Shown: in pieces, positions 44,236 through 56,327 of the stretch | How positions within the stretch are numbered: position 1 is the first letter of the stretch | How the letters are laid out: each line of letters opens with the position of its first letter | Assembly (NCBI GenBank): GCA_000004985.1 | Contig: GG738870.1 | Source: Naegleria gruberi | Taxonomy: Eukaryota | Length of the DNA stretch: 64,000 bases | Direction: 5' to 3' (one strand) | Notes under the pieces: model-generated | What the model was told of the DNA's origin: nothing | What the model saw: the letters and a program-made list of their open reading frames with translations, nothing else | Databases searched by the model: none | Position numbers and translations under genes: made by a program

Positions 44236-44787
44236 TTTTTTATTTTTTTAATTAAAATTCTATTTTTTGATTCAGCAACAACACATCTATGTCACGATCT
44301 GAGGTATGAGTCTCATTCAATTCATTCGATAAAGTAGTAACATTTTCAATTAATCCACCACTAAATGTTAATTTGCTCCACTACAACCCTTTCAACACCA
44401 TTGTTTAACAACCCAGAATAAAGACTTCAATTAGACAATAGACCAAACACAAACAGCCAACTACCCAATGCGATAAGAAAACAATAACCACTACAATACG
44501 ATTTTGTAAACTAAATCCAAGCATTAATTGGATGCCGAACGAAATTAAACCAAGCAAGCAAGGAAGTGTTATACATCAAAGCAGGTAATTACCATTAGCC
44601 ATTCATTGCAATGAATCGAATAGAAAACCACTAGCCATCAACCTTTATTTCCACCACCAACAGTGCTCATACTAAAACAACCAAAGCCTTGATAAACATT
44701 ATGATATTCCAAATAAATATATATATAAAGTATATAAATATTGTAAAATTAAAAAAGATTAATAATACTCATACTAATAGTAATAAA

Positions 44788-45628
44788 TTATCTTCTAGGT
44801 GAATAATTTGGTGATCTATCAGAATTTCCATAAGGTTCATATCTTCTTCCAACATGTTTTGGTGGTCTTCTTTCTCTTCCACTATCTCCTCCTCTTCTAT
44901 CGTCTCTACGATAATCATCTCTGTCATCTCTTCTATCATCATATCTATCATATGAATCTCTTCTATCATCTCTACGATAATCATCCCTTCTATCATCTCT
45001 TCTATCGTATCTATCATAATCATCTCTTCTATCATAATCGTCATCATCATATCTACTATATCTTCGAGGTGGTGATCTGTATCTACGTGGAGGTGGTGAT
45101 CTTCTTCTATTGTCTCCTCCTCTAGAAGATCCTCCTCTTCTTTGTTTTCTTCCATAGTCATAATCTAACTTGATTGTTCTTTCTCCAATTTTATAATCTT
45201 TTAACTTTTCAAAAGCATCTTCGGAATCTCTTAAAATTTCGTATTCAACAAAACAATAAGCATATCCACTTTCTTTCTTCTTTTTATCCATAGAACACAT
45301 TGCTACTCTGATAATTGGACCAAATTTATCAAAGATTTCACGAATTTGTTCCTCTGATGTTTCATAAGGAATATTTCCAACAAATAATGTTCTACTTGTA
45401 CCTCTACGATCTCTAATAAATTTTTTTCATATCATGATGATTAATTATTATTATTATTAACAAAATTTACCTTACATCACGCTCATCCCTACGATCATTT
45501 GATTGTTTGGAATCATTGTTAGAATTATTGTTATCGTTTGATGGTTCATTTGATGGTGAACCGTTATTATTGTTGTTGTTATTTGAAGCGGATTCTTCTT
45601 CAAAGTGAATTTCTGTGGTTGTACTCAT
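44788..45628 (-). CDS. RRM protein with RD/RS/DY-repeat tail (CstF-64/Rna15-type RRM), 2 exons (45628..45471, 45412..44788)
   Basis: Exon 1 is MSTTTEIHFEEESASN(7)...RRDERDV and ends at a GTAAAT donor. A tttattAG acceptor opens exon 2, [59 protein letters not shown]. Compare CstF-64 [28 protein letters not shown]. The tail holds (RRDD/YDRY)n and RSPPPRRYRSPPRRYSR. Total length is 783 nt, or 261 codons. Confidence 0.55.
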
Positions 45629-45841
45629 TTTTTTTTGAAGTTTACATTAATTGTCTTTCTATTATTGATTGTAATAGAATGTTGTATTATTAGATCAAGA
45701 AATAATTTTCTTTCATTTAATAAGAATTGGTTCTAAACATTCTACAATTTAATGTGTTTGAAAATTTCAGAGTTAAGAATATATTGATTTTTAAAACCAT
45801 TCAATTTTTTACCGCCAATTGTAGTTTTTCCCTCCAAAAAA

Positions 45842-48122
45842 ATGTCTTCGGATCTACAAACAAAACTTGATATTCTCAAAACGAGTAGTGTCTCTTCGAA
45901 TTGTTTGAAACTTTTCCCTGTAGGAAAGAAGAGAACTCAAAGGGTCTGTGTTGGTGATAATGAAGGTGTAACCCAAGCATTTGCAATTAAGAAAGGATCT
46001 GTAAATGTATGTGTTGTATATTGAAATTAATTTCTTAAACTTGCAATAGACATCATTCAAAACGCTTGCTCAAGGAAAACCAATCAAAGGAGTCGAATTA
46101 CATAAGAGTCGTGTTTTTTATGCTTGTGGACAAACAGTCAGAGGAGTTTCAAAGAAAGGAAAGGAATTTTATAGATTGGACAGTAATATTTCAGAAGATG
46201 CAACAGGAATGGCTGTAAGAGTTCCGAGCCTATGGTTAAGTGGTAATTATATTTTGTATCACTATGTAGATTCTGTTGAAAAGGGATTTTTCATGTCCCC
46301 TGATAGAATTAATACAAGTGCACCTCATTTTGACTCTAATGATCCAGGTAATGATAAGGTTTTCGTTGGGTGTCAAGATAGAAAAATAAGAATTGTTAGA
46401 AACACTGATTGTGATGGACATATTAGCACCGAAGGTGGTGTAACATCACTTCTAGTTAATGAAGAACAAAAAACTGTTTATTATGGAACGGAATCAGGTC
46501 ATGTTGTTGCAATGCAAATGCAAGGAAATGATTCTAGCGCAAAATGGAAAATTGATTCAGAAAAATCTGGTGTAAATGAAATGATGTTGTATGATATTAA
46601 TGGAGATGGAAAGGATGAGATAATTATTGCAAGAAATGATGGTTCTTTGGAGATTTATTCATTCCTTAGTGGAAATGAACCAACAAGAATATTGAAAAGA
46701 TCTCTTGATGAAAGTATTACCTGTGTTCAAGCTGGTAAGCTTATTTCACCAGAGTTTGATGATATTTTGGTTTCAACTTTCAGTGGAAGATTAATTGCCT
46801 TTACAAACCATCAATACAATTCTACAAGCACTCCAACTTCAACATTTGGATTTTTGGACGATAAGAAGAAGGTTGTTGGGTTGTCAAAAACAGAAAGAAT
46901 TTCAAATCTCCAGAAAGAATTGGAAGGATTAGAGGATAAGTTAGCAAAAGTCAAGGTTAACTATTCTAAATTATCTTCAGAAATTGTTGCTGTGCATTGT
47001 CAATACGAAACAAAAGCTTCATTCATTCTTGATACAAAAGAAGCTTTTTATAGGTTGAATGTAGAGTCAGATGTACATTTAGAAATGGTTATTATAAGAT
47101 CAGAAATAGCACTAGATTTATTAGATTCTTCCGGAGACAACAATGTAGTAGTTAGTAATATTACTGTCGATGAAAAGAAGGATGGTAGCAGCAAATTCAT
47201 TGCGTCATTCAGATTTACTGATAATTGTAAGAGGATTGAAATTCTGTTGAGAACTTATGAAGGAAAATACGGAGCTATTGAGGCTTACACTATTCCTAAA
47301 TTGAATCCAAAGATTTCAAAGATTCACCAATTCCATGTCAAACCACTCTCATTGCATGAAAGAATGGATGATGAGAAGGCAAAAACATTTATTCAAAATA
47401 GACCTTTGAACAAATTGACTGTTTCAGGTTCTTTCACTCTTTCAGAGGTGCATTCTTGGATTGGGTTGTGTGTTGAAGGAATTCCTGACAAGTAAGTTTT
47501 AATACTCTTTAATTTATTAACTTTATGTCAAGAGTATCTGACGATGAAGTTGTGTATTATTTCCATTCAACATTCCAAGAAACATGTCTAGTCATTAGAT
47601 TGAAACGTGGTGAAGCTGTTGTTGAATCTGATAACATTACTGCAATTTCAGTTGTTGAAGAAGTTGTTACAAAGGCAGCCACTGATAGAAAGACTAAAGT
47701 TAATATCAGTTTTGGTATGTATTTAAATCATTGAGTTCTAATTCAATTTTAAAGATATTAACGATTCCTCTTTCGAATATGTACTGAATTTATTGTATCC
47801 TAAGGTTGAATATCAACTTTCATTGAGTGAAAAAGTTAAACTTATTGATGCTTTGAAAGAAATTCAATTACAAGAAGAAGATGTATCTTTCCTCTCAAAA
47901 GAATTTAAAGCAATTTTAGAAGAGGCTGATCAATTACTTGAAGATTCTAAATATCAAACAAAGAGATTAGACTTTTTAAATGAAATTCTCATTAGATTAT
48001 TCTTGGATTGTATTAAATTTAAGAGAAAGAATGCTCAAGTCTATCTTCCATCATTTAAACAATTACTGGAGAGTAGAAAGTACACTCTAGAATCAATTGT
48101 TAAATCCTTCAAACAATTTTAA
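45842..48122 (+). CDS. BBS7: Bardet-Biedl syndrome 7 protein (BBSome subunit), 4 exons (45842..46006, 46050..47491, 47533..47714, 47755..48122)
   Basis: The product is colinear with human BBS7. LDILKTSSVSSNCLKLFPVGKKRTQRVCVGDNEGVTQAFAIKKGS matches [70 protein letters not shown] matches [53 protein letters not shown] and PKVEYQLSLSEKVKLIDALKEIQ match [23 protein letters not shown]. The splice sites are GTATGT/atAG, GTAAGT/caAG and GTATGT/aaAG, all phase-consistent. Total length is 2157 nt, or 719 codons. Confidence 0.8.
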
Positions 48123-48147
48123 ATAAAATAAGACTGTTAAGTTTTTG

Positions 48148-48159
48148 TTTGGCGCCAAA
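48148..48159. promoter_or_regulatory. palindromic E2F-like element TTTGGCGCCAAA, 22 bp upstream of the DNAJC11 ATG
   Basis: An exact 12-mer lies in the 59-bp spacer between the BBS7 stop (48122) and the ATG at 48182. Confidence 0.45.
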
Positions 48160-48181
48160 ATTTAAAATCTAATCAAAAAAA

Positions 48182-50347
48182 ATGAAAGAAAAGATTAAAG
48201 ACTTGTTCGGAAAAAAGGATGGTGTTGAAAATATTAAAGAACACATCCAGGATGGTATGTTTTGAAAGTAATAGTAGTAGTAGTTACTATTGTTTTATTG
48301 AAATGATATAAATTATGCGGAATATGATGAATGATTTATATCATTGAAAAAACCTCTCTCTAATCATTTAATAATAACATGAATAACATTATTTGGAATA
48401 TATTATTTGGATGTATTTAATCAATTTTATTTAGAAATTGAAGATAGTGATGATGAAGGTGTTGAAATTGAAGAAATTTATAAAAAGAAGAGAACCTATT
48501 ATGAAGTATTGGGTATTAAAAAGACAGCAACACAAAAAGAGATTACAGATGCGTTTAGAAAAAAGTCTAGAAAATGCCATCCAGATGTTCAAAGATTAAC
48601 TCCCGAACAAAAGAAGATTTTCAAACCAAAAGAATTGGAAGAATATTTTGAAGAAAAACAAAAACAACTTAATGAAGCCTATGAAGTACTTTCAAATGAA
48701 AGAAAAAGGGCACAATATGATGTACTAGGAAAATGTATTACTTCGCTTGTATTAGTTGATGATTCTGAAAATGTAAATTTTCAAGAATTAAAAGAAAGAT
48801 ATAAGAATTACAAAAGAGAACAACGTAAAATTCATCGTGATACAAAAACTCAAGGAAGTAGTTCTGCAACACTAGGTGTAGATTTAGCTGGAATGTTTTT
48901 AAGTGAAGAGGAATCTGAACAAATTGTTGAAGAGGATGGTAAAACATATCGTGTCATTATTCCAAAAGTTTCATTTACAAATTCTTCATTTTCACAATCA
49001 TTCCAAACACCAATTACAAAATTAGATACTGTTCTATTTCATGGAAATGCAAATTGTGATCAATTAGAATCAGAAAATGTTGCTCATACAATTGCTGTTC
49101 AATGGAGACATGTTATGGATCCAACAAAGGAATCAACTCAAATGGATCTTGCAACTATTTATTCAAGTCAAAATCCAACTGATTTATCAATTGTTGCTTC
49201 TGGAAGTACAAAATTATCAGAATTTAGTCAAGGTTCAATGCAATGGGTAGGTCAATTTAATGGTGTTAGTCCTACTGTTTTAAATTGGTTAACTGTTGCT
49301 GGGTTCCAAGTTGTTTATAAGAGACAATTATTTTCTGATAATACTTTAAGTGGATCAATACTTTTCAGTTTCCCTAGGGATAATAATGTTACATTTACGC
49401 TAGATAAGAGTTTTGTACATGATGGATCTTCAATTTCTTCAGAATTAAGAATTGGTGCTGCTAGTTCTCATATTTCATGTGAATTTAGAAGAAATTTACC
49501 TGAATGGTTACGAAATGCAATTGTTAGATCAAAATCTGAAGAAGAAGAGGATGATATTGAATTAGTATCGGATTTAACACTGTCGACAACAGATTTTGTT
49601 AGTGAATATGATCTTGGATTTAATATACTTTTAGTTAAACCAGTTGCAGAGGATACAGAAATAGGTTTTGGAGTTGGAGCTAGTATTCAAGATGGTGTTA
49701 ATATGAAATTTAATCTTAGACGATTCAGACATAATTTCAATGTACCAATTGCATTGACACATATTTTTGATTGGAAAATGTTATTATTTGCTACCATAAC
49801 ACCAATTGCTTGTTTCTCTCTTTTCAAATCATTTATTTTTGATCCAATTTCAAGTTATTGGAAGAAGAAGGATATTAAGAATCAACGTAAGACTGCCTTC
49901 CTTGCAACACAAGAAAAGAGACAAAAGGCACTTGCTGAATTGGAAAAGATTAGAGAACAAGCACTTCAATCAAGAAATGCAGAAGAAGAAGTTAATGGTT
50001 TAGTAATTATTAATGCTAAATATGGAGACTTGGAAGGTGATATCGATGAAGGTGAATATCCATCATGGATTGATCTTACTGATCAACTTCAATTCTTGGT
50101 TTCAAATTCTAAACTTTACTTGCCAGAATATAGCAAGTCAAGAATGGAAGGTTCTTTTGATCCTGCACCAGGTGTATCAAAAACTTTACTTGTTTGGTAT
50201 AGATTTAATGGTAAAACTCATAGAGTTGAAGTAGATGATGAGGAAGAATTGAGAATTCCAATTCTGGAAGATGTAATTGATAAGACTGAAGGTAAAGCTA
50301 CTGCTAGTGCATCCTCATCAGATGATGAATATGAAAGTGATGAATGA
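48182..50347 (+). CDS. DNAJC11: DnaJ homolog subfamily C member 11 (J-domain plus DUF3395), 2 exons (48182..48254, 48435..50347). An alternative start lies at 48407.
   Basis: The J domain is YYEVLGIKKTATQKEITDAFRKKSRKCHPD...AYEVLSNERKRAQYDVLGK. The C-terminus reads GLVIINAKYGDLEG...WIDLTDQLQFLVSNSKLYLPEYS. Compare DNAJC11 GLIIVNAWYGK...[21 protein letters not shown]. A possible 24-codon 5' mini-exon (MKEKIKDLFGKKDGVENIKEHIQD) joins by GTATGT..tttAG (180 nt, phase 1). Total length is 1986 nt, or 662 codons. Confidence 0.7.
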
Positions 50348-50415
50348 GAAGATTCATTTTAGTTGATTTGGTTAATAATTTATTTGAAGCAGCTATTTAA
50401 GAATGTGCTGATTCA

Positions 50416-52913
50416 TTATTCTCCACAATAAAATACTTTTTCACCATCAATAATACAGAAAGTTTGATCTTCCAAGTCTTTCAAAACCTTTTGTAATTGA
50501 GATTTTGGAAGTGAAGCATTCTCTCCTGCACATAATAAGGTTTCCATTTCTTCAATTGCAAATCCATTTTGTGCATTTTCGAAGATAGCCTTCTTGATGA
50601 TTTCAATAGCTTCCTCTTCATCAATTGGTTCATTCTCAAATTCTTCTCTACCTCTCTTATTAGTGGTAGCAGTAGTACTCTCATCAGATTGTTCAGTATT
50701 GGTGAGGGTGAGTGGTTTCTTCTTTTTCTTTTTACTCTCACCTTCCACAGATGAAAGTTGAGCAAGAATAGCATCACTATTGGTATTATTTAAAAACCAA
50801 ATAGAGTAATACATTAATTTGAAAGCAGATTCAACATCACTCTTAGTAATTTCTGTACCTAATCTCATTTTTGCATGTGCAGTTGATAATCTAATTAATG
50901 ATTCTAATGTTCTAGCTGTGATTGGAAGTGTTTTTTGACCATTATTTGTTCTCAATTCTAAATATTTGATATGCATAAATTCTCTAGCTTCTTCAGTTAA
51001 CCTTGGTGTTGTTTGTTTGGCATATTTAACATATTTCTTCAAGAATGAGAGAGGTATAATTAAGTGTTGATGTTTCTTGCTATAATCATCATTTTCATGA
51101 GATATCTTTTCAATTTCATTAAAGAATGAATTCATTTCATCAAGTTCAGTTAAATGTGTTTCAGTTGAAATACCAACTTTAGAGGTGTGATAATCTTGTG
51201 ATTGTTGTCTGTGAACATTTAAAACGTGACTACCAACTAATCTATCTTTCTCTCCATTTCTTTCATCTAAAAGAATGTAAATTAAATCAAAACGTGATAG
51301 TAATGAATCAGGTAAACCAATATTTCTTTGAATTGATACTTGTCTATTATATTGACCATAAATAGGATTAGCAGCAGCTAAAACTGAACATCTTGCATTC
51401 AATGAACAGTGAACACCTGCTTTTTGAATTGTAACAGTTTGTTGTTCCATAACTTCGTGCATTGCAGTTCTATCTTGATCTGACATTTTGTCAAATTCAT
51501 CAACACAAACAATACCACGATCTGCTAAAACCATTGCACCTGCTTGAAGGGATCTTTCACCTGTATCTCTATCAGCAACAACAGCAGCAGTTAAACCAAC
51601 ACCTGTTGATGCTCTACCTGTTGTTGAAATTGCCAATGGAACTGATTTTAAAACAAATCTTAACATTTGTGATTTGGCAGTTGATGGATCACCAACAAGT
51701 AAAATATTAATATCACCTCTAAGGTGAGTATTGGAAGTTGAAAAATTCTTTTCTACACCCCCTAGCATTTGTAAAAGTAAACTCTTCTTAATAAAATCAT
51801 GTCCAAATATAGTTGGTGCCATTCCCCTAGATAAAATATCAAAAAGATCACTTCTCTTTGATAATTTTGTAATGTTAACAATTTCATTTTCTGAAAATTC
51901 TTCTTGTTGTGTTTGAAGTTCTCTGGTTACAATATGATTTACAATGAAAACCATTCTCATTTTGCTTGATAACTTAGTTTGACTTTGACCTGATGGTGGT
52001 AATGCTTTATAAACACCATACATTGTAACACGATCACCTGGTTTAACTTTATCAACCAAATCATCTTCTACTATACATTCAACTGATCTTGGAAGTTGAC
52101 CTGCAGGTGCATTCTCAGGTGCTTCTTGAATAAATAATGTTTGTGTATCACAAAATTGTGATAATCCAAATTCAGTCTCCAATACATTACCATTAGCATC
52201 TTGAAAATTTAAATTTGAAGCACCAGCTCCTAAATTTGCATCACTTGTAAAGTCTGTTTCATGAAATTTGTTAGTATCTGGACAATAATAAATAACTCTC
52301 ATCACCTTTTCAATAACAGATGAGCCTTTTTTTGAAAGATTAGAACAAATTAATGTTAATGTGATGTTGATGTTTTGTTGATGAGCAAGTGATAGTTGAT
52401 AACATATTAAAGTGAAAGTTAATAGTGTTCGTGTGTGTTTGATAATTGTCATCATTATTAATTATTGTGATAAATAGAAGAAAACAAACATTTTGTTATA
52501 ATTCCAGATAAACAAAGTAATTGATTTGCATAATTTGCTAATAAATGTCTCGGAGAAACATGATTATTATCACCCAATTCACCATCAAAGCCTAAATGAA
52601 TTTCAGCATTAGGTGATTCTTCAAAAAACTTTGGAAAATTAATATTAATATATTCATGGAGTGCAATTTCAAAATCATATAAATAATTGAGAGGTTGTTG
52701 TTGTATTTGTTGTGAACTTCGATGATCAAAATTTCTAAAGTCATTCATGTTAATTATTAATCGATTAATACCGGAATCACTTGAAGTACCACCATAATTA
52801 CTACTACTACTACTAGCTATATTGTTTGACACAATTTCTGATAGTTTATCATGATACTTTCTATTGGAGAGCAGAAAGTTTTTAAATAAACTCTGATTGT
52901 GTTGTGATTGCAT
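50416..52913 (-). CDS. MCM3: DNA replication licensing factor MCM3, 2 exons (52913..52490, 52325..50416)
   Basis: Exon 1 (track ORF 52458..52913) ends ...EIHLGFDGELGDNNHVSPRHLLANYANQLLCLSGIITKC, matching human [45 protein letters not shown] donor and an aaaAG acceptor join to SSVIEKVMRVIYYCPD... Exon 2 holds the Walker A ILLVGDPSTAKSQ and VDEFDKMSDQDRTAMHEVMEQQTVTIQKAGVHCSLNARCSVLAAANP, near-identical to the MCM3 arginine-finger region. The first 40 aa of the track's 679-aa ORF are intronic read-through. Total length is 2334 nt, or 778 codons. Confidence 0.8.
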
Positions 52914-52959
52914 TTTTTTTTAAAGTTTTATGTGTTTGGTTTAACGGTTAGTTTAATAT

Positions 52960-52971
52960 TTTCGCGCCAAA
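52960..52971. promoter_or_regulatory. palindromic E2F element TTTCGCGCCAAA in the MCM3 / DRC7-like bidirectional promoter
   Basis: It is identical to the classical DHFR-type E2F palindrome. It sits 46 bp upstream of the MCM3 ATG (52913, minus) and 28 bp upstream of the plus-strand ATG at 52999. Confidence 0.5.
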
Positions 52972-52998
52972 TTTTAATTAATATTCAACTACAAAAAA

Positions 52999-55978
52999 AT
53001 GGCTCCATCAAGTCTTGATCTTGGTATTGAATGGCATGCTATGGATAGAGCCCAACGTTTGGCTCAAATATACGAGTTGTATGAAAAGGCTCAAAAAGAA
53101 AAATTAAATACATTGGAATCAAAATTGGCAAATTCATCGGAACCATTAGAATATAGAGTTAGTGAGGATAAACCAATTGAATTGGATAGAGTCATTTCTT
53201 TCGTTCCCGATTCTTACAGATCAAATGAAAATAGAGAGGATGTTATTTTGGAATTTGTTGAAAATTTTAATTTACAATATTCTCAATTATTTAAGGATAG
53301 AAAGCCTTTAATTTTATATCCTGAAAATGAAGTTGGCATTCATGTAGGTATTTTATTCTAAAGATAGTGAATATAATATTATTTATTGGAACAATTGTTT
53401 TTATTTCTAATATTAAGAAATTTATTTGTACATACATTAAACCAACTCTATTGCCATATCCTGATTTATATGATGCTAAAGGAATAGCTCAGTTTATTCA
53501 CCATCATACAACTTTTGAATCATTGGATAGACCATTTGAAATTGTAAGTTTGGATTGGTTTGTGTGAAATAATTCTAATAACTTTAGCCTGAAGTTGTTT
53601 GTAGTCCAACTACAACTCTATATTGGCAAAAAGGAAATAGTTTTGATTTATCAACTTTATTAGTTTCTTTATTAATTGGAGCAGGATTTAATGCTTATTG
53701 TGTATCTGGATATGCTAAAAAGAGTATAGTTCTAAACGATCAAACTCAAAGTAATTCACCAATTGAAATTGAACCTGAAGAAGAGGAAATTACAGAAGAA
53801 CAAAGAGTTTTCAAGCCAAGTAAATACAAATTAAAGACAAGACCAAATTTAACAAGTCATTTTAGAAGGGAAGATTATCCACTCAAGGAAGATATTGATA
53901 TAATTGAAAGTAAAGTTAGTGAAGTATTAGGTGAAGATATTGAATCAGAGCAAGAAAAGATTCAACAAAATATTGGGAAAATTCTCAATTATGTTCATTG
54001 TTGGGTTGCAGTTCTACCTGGTAGAAGAGATGTTAAAGCACCATTCTTTATTGAACCAAGTTCAGGACAAGTATTTGAATTGAATGAAATTGATGAAGCT
54101 GGTTATTATGGAATTGAAAGTTTGTGGAATCATGAAAACTATTGGTGTAATATTTCATTTGAAAAGAAGATTTCTGAAATTGTTTTTGATTTGAAGAATT
54201 TACGTCATTGGGAATATGTTTTCATTCAACATTCAAAAGAGAGTGAAATTGAAGATGAAGATGAAAATGCTCAAGAAGAGAAGAGAATTGAATTTTTAAC
54301 TGTAGATGAAGGTGAATATGATGATGATGTATTGGATGTTCCTTCTTCATGGGTTGGAAGAATTTCAATTGCTAAAAGAAAATATGAAGATAGATATCCG
54401 CTCAATTACAAACTTGTTGAATATGCGAATACTACTATTGAATATTTCTCTCCTTATTTTAGAAGTGATTTAGTTACAAAGATTATTACTTGTTTTCATG
54501 ATGAAATGAAGGAAAAGACAAAAGAAATTCATTATTATTATAGTAATAGAAAGTAAGTTTCAATTATTATCATTATTAATGATTCACAATTTCATATTAT
54601 TATATATGACAATTAATACCAATTCAACTATAGAGATTTATTAAGAAGAAGATCAGTCTATTACATTTATTCATCAGCAGATTCTGATGTACCAATTAGA
54701 GAGAGAATTCATGAATGGTTTGATCCTGGAAGAAAGACAACTTCTAATTTTGAAGCCTTGAAAGAATTTGTATTTGAGAAGGGAGTTAGAAGAGAATATA
54801 AATTTTATAGTGAAGCAAGATTGGATGGATTAGAAAAGAGAACTGAATTATTTGAATCTAAAAATTTAATTCAACCTAAAAAAGTAATTGAATATTTCCA
54901 TAATAGAATTGATTTCGGAGATTATTTATGTTATAGATCTGTTACTTATGATATTGATAAATCAAGTGCAGGATTATTAAGTCAAGATCATCCAGAAGAT
55001 GATAAATATGGACCAATTATTGGAGATTTAGGATCAACACAAAATAATAATTCAAATGGATTGAGTGGATCAATGATTGATTTTTCAAATACAACTGATA
55101 AAAGTTTTACAGATGGAGCCTTAACAAGAAGAAAACAATTGAATGATAATATCATTATTAAAATGACAGAAAAATTCCTTAGAGATGAAAGTAGAAATGC
55201 TAATGAAGATGTTGCCAAGAGAACATTCTATATTGTTGATAAAAAGATTAGATTAGAATATCATTATGGTGAAGGTAAAATAACAAGATCAGTGAGAGAA
55301 TATACAAAAGATGGTCAATTTTATACAGAAATTATTGATCCATTCATGCCAAGACCTAAACTTGTTGATACAGTTGAAGAATATCATGCACTCTTACAAA
55401 CTGAAGTTAAATGTAAAGAAGATATTATTAAGAGTACTGCTGAAATGGCAAATATACTTCAAACAAGATATTCAGAAGAGAAGAATATTCAATTTACCAC
55501 AACTATTTATGATGTTGAAAGAAATAGACCAACTGAAGAAGAATTGAGATTATTAAGAGAAAAGGAAAGAGAATTAGAAGAACAACGTAAGAATAAGGAC
55601 CTAGTTGATCATTTAATACCTAAAGATGGTGTTAAAAGTGTTCAACAAGCTGAAGAAATTTATTATACAGTTATGAAAGATCTTAAAGATCAACTCATGA
55701 TGAGAATTAATATTATTGAAGAAAGATTACAAAAAGAAAAACAAAAATTGGCAAGAAGAAGAACCATGTATCAAAAAAGTCAAGAAGGAGTTGATAGAAA
55801 TAGTGAAGAATATGTTCAATTCTGTCAAGATACTTTATTCAAAATTAAAATTCTCAAACAAAGAGCAGAAGATCACAATGCAAGAGCTGCAAAGAAATTT
55901 GCAGAATTGAAAGAAAAATTATTGAATCACAAACAATTAGGAGGATTCTTAAAACATTTGAAAAATAAGAAGAATTAA
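52999..55978 (+). CDS. large coiled-coil protein with transglutaminase-like cysteine-protease core; possible nexin-dynein regulatory complex subunit 7 (DRC7/CCDC135)-like; 4 exons (52999..53343, 53418..53543, 53588..54552, 54634..55978)
   Basis: The four track ORFs join phase-consistently via GTAGGT/taAG, GTAAGT/ttAG and GTAAGT/atAG. The transglutaminase-like core is PTTTLYWQKGNSFDLSTLLVSLLIGAGFNAYCVSGYAKK. The C-terminal half is extensive coiled coil. Total length is 2781 nt, or 927 codons. The DRC7 assignment rests on architecture only. Confidence 0.4.
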
Positions 55979-56327
55979 TTGTTTGGTGAAATAGTACATA
56001 TTTAATTATTAATAAATATAATATTATACTATAAATAGACTAACCGTAATTGTATTTAACAATGTATTGTACAGTAAAGTTTCAAATTTATTAAGGGGTG
56101 GTTGATAAATTAATTGATGGTTCAATATTTGTTCATGATGATACATGTAGTTGTGGTTGTTAACATGTTCTTAATAGTGAGTGCACTGAACCAATGTTAA
56201 GAGATTGATTGTTATTTAATTGTTATATACTCTCGTTGTTGTGTGAGAGGAGTATTTGAACTTGGTGGTAGTTACTATTAAGATTAAGAATAATCATCAT
56301 CTTGTTCATCTTCATCTCTTTAAAAAA

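Noticed and set aside
44769-45161. Two long ORFs (minus, 130 aa, alternative frame; plus, 108 aa) over the RD-repeat region
   Set aside because: They are generated by the periodic RD/YD-coding repeat. Only the frame that continues the upstream RRM exon is coherent.
50416-52455. First about 40 residues of the 679-aa MCM ORF (MMTIIKHTRTLLTFTLICYQLS...)
   Set aside because: Human MCM3 homology starts at SSVIEKVMRVIYYCP after an acceptor at 52326..52327. The upstream residues are intron read-through in the same frame.
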